Shown here: piece by piece, positions 52,283-61,311 of the stretch
Numbering within the stretch: the stretch's first letter is position 1
How the letters are laid out: each line of letters begins with the position of its first letter
Assembly (NCBI GenBank): GCA_963822965.1
Contig: CAWGJT010000010.1
Coordinates: 288,001-352,000, forward strand
Length of the DNA: 64,000 nucleotides
Reading direction: 5' to 3'
From: an uncultured delta proteobacterium
GTDB taxonomy: Bacteria; Myxococcota_A; UBA9160; UBA4427
Position numbers and translations under genes: made by a program
The notes under the pieces: generated by a model
Told to the model about the DNA's origin: nothing
Databases searched by the model: none
What the model saw: the letters and a program-made list of their open reading frames with translations, nothing else

Positions 52283-53061
52283 CCGTCGCGAGCCCCGCAG
52301 AGCTCTTCTCGCTCGCTGGCCGGGTGGCCCTGGTCACCGGGGCGTCGGCGGGCCTCGGGGTCGGCCTCGCCGAGGGGCTGGCGGCGGCCGGCGCGCGGGT
52401 CGTCGTGGCGGCGCGCCGGGAGGACCGCCTGAAGGAGCTGGCCGCGCGGCTCGAGGCGGCCGGTAGCGAGTGCCTGGCGGTGCCCTGCGACGTGGCCGAC
52501 GAGGCCGCCGTCGACGCCCTGGTGGCGCGCAGCCTCGAGCGCTTCGATCGAGTGGACGTGCTCGTCAACAACGCCGGCATCACCGAGGTGGTGGCGGCCG
52601 AGGACGAGCCCCTCGACGCCTTCGACCGGGTGACGGCCGTCAATCTGCGGGGCCTCTTCGTCTGCTGCCAGCGCTTCGGGCGTCACATGCTCGCGCGCGA
52701 GAGCGGTGCCATCGTGAACGTCGCCTCGATGCTCGGCCAGGTGGGCTCGGGGCAGGTCCCCCAGGCGAGCTACGCGGCCACCAAGGGAGGCGTCATCAAC
52801 CTCACCCGCGAGCTGGCGGCGCAGTGGGCGCGCCGGGGCGTGCGCGTGAACGCCATCGCTCCGGGCTGGTTCGCCAGCGAGATGACCGAGGAGATGTTCG
52901 GCAGCGAGCGCAGCCACAAGTGGATGCGCAACCGGACGCCCATGGGCCGCCCCGGGCGCGAGGGCGAGCTCCTGGGGGCGCTGCTCTTCCTGGCGAGCGA
53001 CGCCTCGACGTTCGTGACCGGGCAGACCGTCACCGTGGACGGCGGCTGGACGATCGTCTGA
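52279..53061 (+). CDS. Short-chain dehydrogenase/reductase
   Basis: TGASAGLG, NNAG, YAATK, VNAIAPG, VDGG; GTGA overlap with the DsbA-like gene. Confidence 0.93.
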   Translation: MTVASPAELFSLAGRVALVTGASAGLGVGLAEGLAAAGARVVVAARREDRLKELAARLEAAGSECLAVPCDVADEAAVDALVARSLERFDRVDVLVNNAGITEVVAAEDEPLDAFDRVTAVNLRGLFVCCQRFGRHMLARESGAIVNVASMLGQVGSGQVPQASYAATKGGVINLTRELAAQWARRGVRVNAIAPGWFASEMTEEMFGSERSHKWMRNRTPMGRPGREGELLGALLFLASDASTFVTGQTVTVDGGWTIV

Positions 53062-53072
53062 TCCGAAGGCCG

Positions 53073-53405
53073 TCAGCCCGCGCCGCTGGCGCGGGCCCAG
53101 TCGCGCGCCCAGGCCTCGAGGGGACCGAGGGCCTTGCAGAGCCGTGCGCCCTGGCGGCTCAGCGCGTAGCCCGCCGTGGTCTTCTCGACGACGCCGGCCT
53201 CTCGCAGCTCGCGCAGCCGCGTGTTGAGGACCGTGGGCGAGACGCCCTCGCAGGCGTCCTGCACGGCCCGGAAGGTGAGGGCGCCGCCGCGCAGCTCCCA
53301 CAGGACGCGCAGCGTCCAGCGTCGTCCCAGCAGGTCGAGGGCGGCCATGATCGGCCGCCCGGTCCGCGAGCCCCGCACGGGGCGGCCGGGCCTGGGCGTG
53401 GGCAT
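53073..53405 (-). CDS. HxlR-family transcriptional regulator
   Basis: ALDLLGRRWTLRVLWEL, SPTVLNTRLREL, YALS..G. Confidence 0.88.
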   Translation of the reverse strand: MPTPRPGRPVRGSRTGRPIMAALDLLGRRWTLRVLWELRGGALTFRAVQDACEGVSPTVLNTRLRELREAGVVEKTTAGYALSRQGARLCKALGPLEAWARDWARASGAG

Positions 53406-53451
53406 CGGGGCTTCCTCCGAATCGACGGCACGTTGGCCGGCTATCCCTTGC

Positions 53452-53503
53452 GCTACTGAAAACGTAGTGATAGCTTGTCGCTCGACGCTACGGAAAACGT
53501 AGC
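53452..53503. promoter_or_regulatory. Pair of palindromic operator-like sites CTAC-N7-GTAG
   Basis: GCTACTGAAAACGTAG (53452-53467) and GCTACGGAAAACGTAGC (53487-53503) between the divergent HxlR and CMD genes. Confidence 0.65.
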
Positions 53504-53526
53504 TCTCCCCCGACCGGAGGTCACCC

Positions 53527-54075
53527 ATGGCCGCACCCCGCATCGCCCCCCTGGAGCCGCCCTATGCACCCGAGGTGCAGAAGCTCTTCGATCTCGTCAT
53601 GCCGCCGGGCCGCGACCCCTTGATGCTCTTTCGGGTGGTGGGCACGAGCGCGCGCATCCTGCCGCGCTTCATGCGGACGGGCGTCCTGGATCCCGGCCCG
53701 GTGGACGTGCGCGACCGCGAGCTCGTCATCCACCGCACGACGGCCCGCTGCGGCTCGGAGTACGAGTGGGGCGTGCACGTCGCCGCGTTCGCGCGTCCCC
53801 TGGGCCTCTCGGAGGCGTGGATCCGCGCAACCCGCGAAGCCGGCCCCGACGACGCGATCTGGAGCGAGAGGGAGCGGAGCCTCGTCCGCCTGTGCGACGA
53901 GCTGCACGATACGTCGACGATCTCCGAGCCGCTCTGGCAGGAGCTCCAGCGACACTTCGACGCGGACCAGCTCCTCGAGCTGATCTACGCCGCGGGCCTG
54001 TACCACGCCGTCTCGTACCTGACGAACGCCCTGGCGCTACCCCGCGAGCCGATGGCCCCCGGCTTCCCCACCTGA
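53527..54075 (+). CDS. Carboxymuconolactone decarboxylase/AhpD-like protein
   Basis: RELVIHRTTARCGSEYEWGVH; GGAGG RBS. Confidence 0.85.
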   Translation: MAAPRIAPLEPPYAPEVQKLFDLVMPPGRDPLMLFRVVGTSARILPRFMRTGVLDPGPVDVRDRELVIHRTTARCGSEYEWGVHVAAFARPLGLSEAWIRATREAGPDDAIWSERERSLVRLCDELHDTSTISEPLWQELQRHFDADQLLELIYAAGLYHAVSYLTNALALPREPMAPGFPT

Positions 54076-54152
54076 CCCGAAGCCGGGACCCCGAGAGCTC
54101 GACCCGGATCCACCGCCCTCCGACCGGCCGGGCGTGAACCCGGCCCGGTGAG

Positions 54153-54908
54153 TCAGCGCGGGCGGCTACGCCGACCCCCGAAGGCGATTCCCGCGAGCCC
54201 GATTCCCAGCAGCAGACCCGTGCCCGGCTCGGGGACGAGGAAGATGGTGCCCGCAAACGTGGCGCTGCCCTGCCAGAACACCGCGTTGAAGGTCTCGCCC
54301 GACGCCAGGGTCCCGGCCAGGGCGCCGGTCTCCGCCGAGAGGGCGCCGAGCGGAACCGGAGCGCCGTCCACCGTGAACTGTCTGCCTCGAATCCGGATCT
54401 CCGACGAGTCGCGCGCCTGGATGACTCCGTCGATCAGCTCGCCGCCGCTCCAGTCGATCACCCCTTCGCCGTAGCCGAAAAGCCCGGTCGTGAGAGTGCC
54501 GCCGCTGAACGTGATCCGCGCCCGATCGAGCACTTGGAGAGCCCCGCCCGACGTGGTCGGGAGGCCCACCGCCCCGCCGCTCACGAAGAAGAGCGAATCG
54601 CCCGCGGCCGTCACGCTGCCCCAGACCGTCCCGCCCTCGATGCGCACCGTCGAGGTGTCGCCAGATCGGAGCTGGCTGCCGACCACCCCGCCGTCCCGCA
54701 CGGTGAGCCGCGTCGGAGCTCCCGGGCTCGCACACGGCCCGGTGAGCGTGTCGCATCCGACGTTGCGTACGAAGAGCTGATGGTACGTGTAGGCGACCGT
54801 GTCCACGACGTGGTCGCCCCCGTCGTTGATGAGGATCTGGGCCGCGGAGGCGGCCTGAGCCGTCGCGACCAGGAGACCCGCTCCCCAAACCAGCAATGAC
54901 GCCTTCAT
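54153..54908 (-). CDS. PEP-CTERM sorting-domain surface protein
   Basis: Signal peptide; Gly-rich beta-helix-like repeats; VPEPGTGLLLGIGLAGIAFGGRRSRPR C-terminus. Confidence 0.88.
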   Translation of the reverse strand: MKASLLVWGAGLLVATAQAASAAQILINDGGDHVVDTVAYTYHQLFVRNVGCDTLTGPCASPGAPTRLTVRDGGVVGSQLRSGDTSTVRIEGGTVWGSVTAAGDSLFFVSGGAVGLPTTSGGALQVLDRARITFSGGTLTTGLFGYGEGVIDWSGGELIDGVIQARDSSEIRIRGRQFTVDGAPVPLGALSAETGALAGTLASGETFNAVFWQGSATFAGTIFLVPEPGTGLLLGIGLAGIAFGGRRSRPR

Positions 54909-55068
54909 TCGGCCTACCCCACGCCATCCTCTCAAGATTTCGGGCCCGGAGTCAAGTCACGATGGCCGGACTCGAGTCCAGGCTCGACGGCGCCGGGCCC
55001 GCGCTGACCTCCGGATGGAGCTGCGCGGGCGCGAGTCACCGTAGGGAGTCGCGGAATAGATCGCGCCC

Positions 55069-55415
55069 GCGGCCGAGCGACTCGGCCCCGCGGAGTCGCG
55101 GTAGAAGCGCCTGCGGCCGAGCGACTCGGCCCCGCGGAGTCGCGGTAGAAGCGCCTGCGGCCGAGCGACTCGGCTCCGCCGAGTCGCGGTAGAAGCGCCT
55201 GCGGCCGAGCCGAGCTCGGCCCCGCGGAGTCGCGGTAGAAGCGCCTGCGGCCGAGCGACTCGGCCCCGCGGAGTCGCGGTAGAAGCGCCTGCGGCCGAGC
55301 GACTCGGCTCCGCCGAGTCGCGGTAGAAGCGCCTGCGGCCGAGCGACTCGGCCCCGCGGAGTCGCGGTAGAAGCGCCTGCGGCCGAGCGACTCGGCTCCG
55401 CCGAGTCGCGGTAGA
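55069..55415. repeat. 44-bp palindromic tandem repeat (7 full + 1 partial) abutting the tRNA-Leu 3' end
   Basis: gcggccgagcgactcggc(cccgcg/tccgcc)gagtcgcggtagaagcgcct units; one unit is 46 bp. Confidence 0.93.
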
Positions 55416-55502
55416 TGGTGCGGCGAAGAGGACTCGAACCTCCACGGGGTTGCCCCCACCAGCCCCTCAAGCTGGCGCGTCTACCAATTCCGCCATCGCC
55501 GC
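55416..55502 (-). tRNA. tRNA-Leu (GAG)
   Basis: GCGGCGATGGCGGAATTGGTAGACGC; CCAGC-TT-GAG-GG-GCTGG anticodon arm; CCA end; follows secG. Confidence 0.96.
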
Positions 55503-55585
55503 ACGCGGGCGGCCGACTATACAGGACGGCCTCGGGAGCGTCAGGAGGACCGCCGGCCGGGTGGGCCGCCGGATCTGCGCGCTTC

Positions 55586-56044
55586 CTACGGCTGGTCGCC
55601 GGCGTCCTTGTCGGGCACCTCGATGTCCATCTCGATCAGCTCGTCCGGTGACGCCTCGGTCTTCGGGCTCGCGGTCGCGTCGCCCGTCGCGCCTTCGGCG
55701 GCCTTCCCGGCCTCTTCGACCGGAACCTCCTTCAGGGCGTTCGCATCCGCCGCCCCCTCCTCGGGCTTCGCGGGGGCCAGCTCGTCGAGGGTCTCCTCGT
55801 CGAAGACCAGGACGCGCTGGGTGCTCAGGTACGAGAGCGACAGGCTCGTCAGCATGAAGCCGATCGCCGCCCCGGTGGTGAGCTTCGTGAGGAAGTTGCC
55901 CGCCCCCCGGCTGCCGAAGACCGTGTTGCTGCCGCCGCCTCCCAGGGCCGCGCCCATGTCGCCGCCCTTGCCGCGCTGGAGCAGCACCACCAGGATCAGG
56001 ATGAAGCAGACCATCACGTGCAGGACGATCAGGAACGTATGCAT
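55586..56044 (-). CDS. secG: Preprotein translocase subunit SecG
   Basis: LILVVLLQRGKGGDMGAALGGG, FGSRG..NFLTKLT; acidic tail. Confidence 0.93.
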   Translation of the reverse strand: MHTFLIVLHVMVCFILILVVLLQRGKGGDMGAALGGGGSNTVFGSRGAGNFLTKLTTGAAIGFMLTSLSLSYLSTQRVLVFDEETLDELAPAKPEEGAADANALKEVPVEEAGKAAEGATGDATASPKTEASPDELIEMDIEVPDKDAGDQP

Positions 56045-56096
56045 TGCGGTTCTCCTGGCGCCCGGGCGCCAGCTTCGGGAGGGAGCAGCCCGGCAC

Positions 56097-56855
56097 TCAT
56101 CGATTCGAGGCGGCCCGTACGATACCGGCAAAGCTGGCGGGGTCGAGGCTTGCGCCCCCCACGAGCGCTCCGTCGATGTCCGGCTGAGCCATCAGCTGCT
56201 CCGCGTTGTCCGGCTTGACCGAGCCGCCGTACTGGATTCGCATTCGCTGGGCCGCGTCGCCGTAGGCGGCCTCGAGCCGGCCGCGAATGGCCTGGTGGAC
56301 CTCCTGGGCGAGCTCGGGTGTCGCGGTGCGACCCGTCCCGATGGCCCAGACGGGCTCGTAGGCCACCACGACGTCCTCGGCGCGACCGTCGGGCACCCCG
56401 GCCAGGCTGCCCCGGAGCTGTCGCTCCACCACCTCCAGGCTGCGGTCGGCCTCGTGCTCGGCCAGCGACTCCCCGACGCAGACGATCGGTCGCACGCCCC
56501 CGGCCAGCAGCGCGGCGGCCTTCGCGCTGACCATCTCGTCGGTCTCTCCGTAGAGGTTGCGGCGCTCGCTGTGACCCACGATGGCGTACGCGCATCCGTG
56601 CTCGATGAGCATGGCGACGGAGATCTCGCCCGTGAAGGCTCCCTTCGCCGCGGCGTTGACGTTCTGCGCCGCGAGCCGCACCGGGCCCCCGCGGAAGGCC
56701 AGTGCGGCGCGCTCGAGCGCCGTGAACGGCGGCGCTACGACGACCTCCACGTCCGCCACGCGAGCCAGGGCTCCGGAGAGCGCCTGCGCGTAGGCGGCGG
56801 TCTCTGCGGCCGTCATGTGCATCTTGAAGTTCGCGGCGACGATCGGTCGTCTCAT
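56097..56855 (-). CDS. tpiA: Triosephosphate isomerase
   Basis: ANFKM, GAFTGE, GHSERR, AYEPVWAIGTG, YGGSV, LVGGASL. Confidence 0.97.
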   Translation of the reverse strand: MRRPIVAANFKMHMTAAETAAYAQALSGALARVADVEVVVAPPFTALERAALAFRGGPVRLAAQNVNAAAKGAFTGEISVAMLIEHGCAYAIVGHSERRNLYGETDEMVSAKAAALLAGGVRPIVCVGESLAEHEADRSLEVVERQLRGSLAGVPDGRAEDVVVAYEPVWAIGTGRTATPELAQEVHQAIRGRLEAAYGDAAQRMRIQYGGSVKPDNAEQLMAQPDIDGALVGGASLDPASFAGIVRAASNR

Positions 56856-56865
56856 GGTCCGGCGC

Positions 56866-58047
56866 TCACCCGCGCTCGAGCGCGGCGACGCCCGGCAGCT
56901 CGAGCCCCTGCACGAACTCGAGCGACGCACCCCCGCCCGTCGACAGATGCCCGATGCGGTCGCCGAGGCCGAGCTTGTGGATGGCGGCGATGGAGTCGCC
57001 CCCGCCCACCACCGAGCGGCCGGCGGACTCGGCGACGCCGCGGGCCACGGTCTCGGTGCCCTTCGCGAACGCGTCCATCTCGAACACGCCCATGGGCCCG
57101 TTCCAGAGGATCGTGGCGGCGGCGCGTGCTTCGTCCGCATAGGCGGCGGCGGTGGAGGGACCGATGTCCAGCCCCATCCAGCCGTCGGGGATCGTCTCCA
57201 CGACGCGCGTCTCGGCGTCGGGCTCGAGCGCCCGGGCGACGACGTGATCGTGGGGAAGCAGCAGGCGATTGCCCGCGGCGGCGGCGGCGGCCTCCACCCG
57301 GCGCGCGTCTTCGAGCCGCTCGGGCTCGACGCGCGAGCTTCCTACCGGCTTTCCCTGGGCGGCCAGGAACGTGTACGCCATGGCTCCCCCCACGGCGAGG
57401 ACGTCGGCACGGGGTGCCAGGGCTTCGAGCACGCCGAGCTTGTCGGAAACCTTGGCGCCCCCCAGCAGGCACAGGAAGGGATGCTCGGGCTCGAGCGCCA
57501 CCCGCAGATGCTCGAGCTCGGACGTCATCAGGAGGCCCGCGGCGCTGGCCTTCACCAGGGGCACGATGCCGGCGGTCGAAGCGTGGGCACGGTGCGCCGC
57601 ACCGAAGGCGTCGTTCACGTAGAGGTCCGCCAGGGCGGCGAGCTGGGCGGCGAACCCGGGGCTGTTCTTCGTCTCGCCCTCGTGGAAGCGCAGGTTCTCG
57701 AGCAGCACCACGTCGCCGTCCCCGAGAGCTGCCACTGCCTGCTCCGCCACGGGTCCCACGCAGTCTGCCGCGAACGCCACCGGGCGGCCCAGGTAGCGCG
57801 TGACGATCGGCGCCACCGGCGCCAGGCTGAGGGCGGGGTCGGGACCTCCCTTGGGACGGCCCAGGTGCGAAGCCAGGACGACCCGGGCCCCCGCGTCGCA
57901 CAGTGCCGTCAGGGTCGGGATCGAGGCGCGGACGCGGGTGTCGTCACCCACCTCTCCGTCGCGAAGCGGGACGTTGAGATCCGCGCGCAGGAAGACGCGC
58001 TTTCCGCGGACGCCGATCTGGGAAATGAGGTCGTCGAGAGTGCGCAT
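56866..58047 (-). CDS. pgk: Phosphoglycerate kinase
   Basis: RADLNVP, SHLGRP, LLENLRF, NDAFGAAHRAHAS, WNGPMGVFE, STGGGASLEF. Confidence 0.97.
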   Translation of the reverse strand: MRTLDDLISQIGVRGKRVFLRADLNVPLRDGEVGDDTRVRASIPTLTALCDAGARVVLASHLGRPKGGPDPALSLAPVAPIVTRYLGRPVAFAADCVGPVAEQAVAALGDGDVVLLENLRFHEGETKNSPGFAAQLAALADLYVNDAFGAAHRAHASTAGIVPLVKASAAGLLMTSELEHLRVALEPEHPFLCLLGGAKVSDKLGVLEALAPRADVLAVGGAMAYTFLAAQGKPVGSSRVEPERLEDARRVEAAAAAAGNRLLLPHDHVVARALEPDAETRVVETIPDGWMGLDIGPSTAAAYADEARAAATILWNGPMGVFEMDAFAKGTETVARGVAESAGRSVVGGGDSIAAIHKLGLGDRIGHLSTGGGASLEFVQGLELPGVAALERG

Positions 58048-58282
58048 GCCGATGGGACTCTTTGCTCGTGTTTCCGGGCCGGGGCGCTGGTCTGTGCGGA
58101 CGCAGCACCCGGTACCCGACCGGGGTGAAAAGGGCTTCGTGTGAGGGCGCTCTCGTCCGATGTCCGAGAGACGGGTCGGCAGCTTACCGCCCGCGCTCGC
58201 TCCTGACCAAAGCCAGCCCCGATCGTTGTACGGATCAGGGAAGCTTTGGGGCTAGTATCCGGGCGCCAACCCTGGGGGGCGA

Positions 58283-58702
58283 ATGATCATCGGCAGCGGT
58301 GTCGACGTGATCGAGATCGCGCGCATCGAACGGATGCTCGACGAGCGGGGGGACCGCTTCGAGCGCCGGGTCTTCAGCCCGGGCGAGATCGAGGACTGCC
58401 GCCGGACCGGGCGTCCGGCGGCCCACTACGCGGTGCGGTTCGCCGCCAAGGAAGCCGTGATGAAGGCGGTGGGAACCGGCTGGTCCAAGGGCGTGCGCTG
58501 GGTGGACATCGAGACCCGCATCGAAGGGGAGGGCGCCCCGCACGTGTCCGATCGCCTGCGGCTCGAGCTGCACGGCGCGGTCGGGTCCCTGGCCGAACGG
58601 CTGGCCTCCGGCGCGGGCGGCGCCGCGCGCGCACACCTCGCGGTGGGTCGCAGCCGCACCCACGCCGTGGCCAGCGTGCTGCTCGAGGCTCGCGGCCGGT
58701 GA
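58283..58702 (+). CDS. acpS: Holo-[acyl-carrier-protein] synthase
   Basis: IIGSGVDVIEI, RVFSPGE, RFAAKEAVMKAVGTG. Confidence 0.9.
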   Translation: MIIGSGVDVIEIARIERMLDERGDRFERRVFSPGEIEDCRRTGRPAAHYAVRFAAKEAVMKAVGTGWSKGVRWVDIETRIEGEGAPHVSDRLRLELHGAVGSLAERLASGAGGAARAHLAVGRSRTHAVASVLLEARGR

Positions 58703-61311
58703 CCCAGCGCGGGGCGGCCCTTCGCCGCGTGGCCCTGCGGCGGCCCGGTCGCGCGGGACTGGTGATCGCGCTGGCGCTGATCGCGGCGATCGGGCTCGGA
58801 AGCTGGCTCGCGAGCCAGCGCCTGGCCAGCCAGCGGGCGGCCCGAGAAGCCTTTCCGATGGCGACGGGGCAGCTGCGGGTCGACGGCCTGCGCGAGCGCG
58901 TCAGCATCGATCGCGACGCCCGAGGCATCCCCCACATCCTCGCGACCAACGAGCGGGACGCCTGGTTCGGGCTGGGCTTCGCGCACGCCCAGGATCGGCT
59001 CGCCCAGATGCTGTGGCTGCGGCGTATCGCGCTGGGACGGACGGCGGAGCGGATCGGCGAGGCGGGGCTCGAGACGGACCGACTGGTCCGGACCCTCGGG
59101 CTGCCGAAGCTGGCCGATCGCGAGTGGCAGGACCTCGAGTCCGACTCGGTGGAGCTCCTGGAGGCATACACCCAGGGCGTCAACGCCCGGATGGCGCGCA
59201 TCCGGGCCGGCCGGGTGGCGCCGCCCGAAGCGCTCGTCGGCGAGGAGGCGCCGCCCGCCCCGTCCCTGATGCCCGGCGCGCCCGGGACGATCCTCGACGA
59301 GGATCCCTGGCGGCCGACCGACTCCCTGGCCATCGGCAAGCTCGTCGCGTGGGGGGCCGGCGCCTCCCTCGAGCGGGCGGTGGTCCTGTCGGACCTGATC
59401 GAGCGGCTCGGCAGCATGGGAGCGCGACCTTTCTTTCCCGGCAGCGAGGAGGACCTCGGGCTGGCGGTTCCCCTGGACGACCCGGACGAGACGCCGTCGA
59501 CCAGCCCGGAGGAGGAGCATCGGGAGCCGCTCATCCGGCTGGCGTCGTTTCGCGGCAGCGCCTGGGCCCTGCCCGGACGCTTCAGCGCCAGCGGCGCCCC
59601 GATCCTCGTCGCCGAGCTGTCCGTGGGGCCCACCGCGCCGTCGTTGCTCCACGAGGCGCATCTGCGCGGGGGCAGCCTCGACGTGGCCGGGGTCGCCATT
59701 CCCGGGCTGCCGCTCCTGCTCGTGGGCCGAAATCCGGACCTCGCCTGGGCCATCGCTCCCCTGCCGGTAGCGGCCGTCGATCTGTTCAAGGAGAGCCTCC
59801 GGCACGGCACCGCCGGGTCGGCGGATCCGGAGGCGGGCGAGCCGCTCGCGCAGGCGCCGGCCGATCCCGATCGCGCGGCGCTCCTGTACCAGAACGGCAG
59901 TCGCTGGGTTCCGGTCAAGGAGCGCTTCGAGGAGATCTCGATCGGCCGGCCCGGGTCGCCCGACCACCGCGTCGAGCGCCTGCGGGTGCGGGAGACGCGG
60001 CACGGTCCACTGATCAACGGGCTGCTGGACGACGGGGTCTCGCGCACCCCGCTGTCGCTCGCCTGGACCGGCGCACGCGCCGGGGACTCGCTCGTGGGCC
60101 TGGTGCGGCTCGCCCACGCGCAAACCGCGAGCGACGTGAGGGCCGCGCTGGCCCTGCATCGCGATCCGCCGCTCGAGGTCGTCTACGCGACCCGGACCGG
60201 CGAGGTGGGGCTGCAGGTGGCCGGCTGGATTCCCCAGCGCACGCTGCCGTCCGGTCTGGCGCCCGTGCCGGGGCGGCTGCGGGCGTTCGACTGGCGTGCG
60301 GGCATCGAGCCCGACGCGCTGCCGCACGTAGAGGTCGGTCGGGAAGACAGCGGATCCGGCCCGCTCCGCGGCTGGGTGGTATCCACCGGGTCCCGCCTCG
60401 AGGAGGAGCTCTCGGGGGTCCAGATCGAGTGGCTGTGGCGGAGCTACGCCCGGGGCTTCCGCCTGCGCCAGCTCCTGGCCGACCTCGTCTCGGGTCGTCG
60501 GGTCGAGCTGCGCGCGGCCGCCGAGGTGCAGAACGACGTATCGGCCAACGTCGACCCCCAGCTGCTGGCGGCGCTGCTGCTGCTGGCGGGCAGCCCGCCC
60601 GAGCTGAGCCCCGAGGGCCAGGAGGTGGCCGACCTGCTGCGCTCGTGGGACGGCATGGCCACGGCCGACAGCCGCGGCGCCGTCGCCTTCCAGCTGCTGG
60701 TGGGGCACCTGCTGGAAGAGATTCTCGAGCCCACCATCGGTCGCGACCTGATGGACCGCTATCTGGCGCTACCGGGAGTCGACCCGACCGCGCTGGTCCA
60801 GAACATCGTGCTGGGGGCGGTCCGGTCCGGCCGGGAAGGCGGCTGGACCGATCCGCAGATCGTGGGTGCGGCGGTTCGCGAGAGCCTGCGTCGAACCTGG
60901 ATGAGTCTCTCCTATCGCCTGGGCCACAACCGGGAGCGCTGGGCCTGGGGGCGACTCCACACCCTGGCCTTCCGGCCGTTCGAGAATCTCGACTCCGAGG
61001 CGCCCCCGGTGTCGCGCAGCCTGGGCCCCATGCCGATGGCGGGCCAGGCTGCCAGCCTGGCCCGCTCGGTCCCCGATCGGGAGACCTTCTCGTCCCGACG
61101 GGCCTCGACCTACCGGATGGCTGTGGATCTGGCAGCGCCGGACCGCATGCTCACCATGCTTTCCCCCGGCCAGTCCGAGCATCGCGGGCATCCCCACTTC
61201 GACGACGGCATCCCCGCCTGGCGGGAGGGCCATCCGTCGCTGCTGGTGACGAGCCCGTTCCTGCTCGAGGAGGCGGCGGTCGAGCGGCTCGTGCTGGAGC
61301 CGTCCAGGTGA
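58699..61311 (+). CDS. Penicillin acylase (peptidase S45)-like Ntn-hydrolase homologue with degenerate active site
   Basis: N-terminal TM; DRDARGIPHI, GFAHAQDRL, HGP, PGQSEH...HFDD family motifs; canonical GSNNW and NDPH motifs are altered. Confidence 0.82.
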   Translation: MTQRGAALRRVALRRPGRAGLVIALALIAAIGLGSWLASQRLASQRAAREAFPMATGQLRVDGLRERVSIDRDARGIPHILATNERDAWFGLGFAHAQDRLAQMLWLRRIALGRTAERIGEAGLETDRLVRTLGLPKLADREWQDLESDSVELLEAYTQGVNARMARIRAGRVAPPEALVGEEAPPAPSLMPGAPGTILDEDPWRPTDSLAIGKLVAWGAGASLERAVVLSDLIERLGSMGARPFFPGSEEDLGLAVPLDDPDETPSTSPEEEHREPLIRLASFRGSAWALPGRFSASGAPILVAELSVGPTAPSLLHEAHLRGGSLDVAGVAIPGLPLLLVGRNPDLAWAIAPLPVAAVDLFKESLRHGTAGSADPEAGEPLAQAPADPDRAALLYQNGSRWVPVKERFEEISIGRPGSPDHRVERLRVRETRHGPLINGLLDDGVSRTPLSLAWTGARAGDSLVGLVRLAHAQTASDVRAALALHRDPPLEVVYATRTGEVGLQVAGWIPQRTLPSGLAPVPGRLRAFDWRAGIEPDALPHVEVGREDSGSGPLRGWVVSTGSRLEEELSGVQIEWLWRSYARGFRLRQLLADLVSGRRVELRAAAEVQNDVSANVDPQLLAALLLLAGSPPELSPEGQEVADLLRSWDGMATADSRGAVAFQLLVGHLLEEILEPTIGRDLMDRYLALPGVDPTALVQNIVLGAVRSGREGGWTDPQIVGAAVRESLRRTWMSLSYRLGHNRERWAWGRLHTLAFRPFENLDSEAPPVSRSLGPMPMAGQAASLARSVPDRETFSSRRASTYRMAVDLAAPDRMLTMLSPGQSEHRGHPHFDDGIPAWREGHPSLLVTSPFLLEEAAVERLVLEPSR

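Noticed and set aside
55069..55415. CRISPR array
   Set aside because: Units are contiguous with no unique spacers, and no cas genes are in the window.
53073..55415. Genomic island integrated at tRNA-Leu(GAG)
   Set aside because: No integrase and no duplicated tRNA 3' end (att site) was seen.
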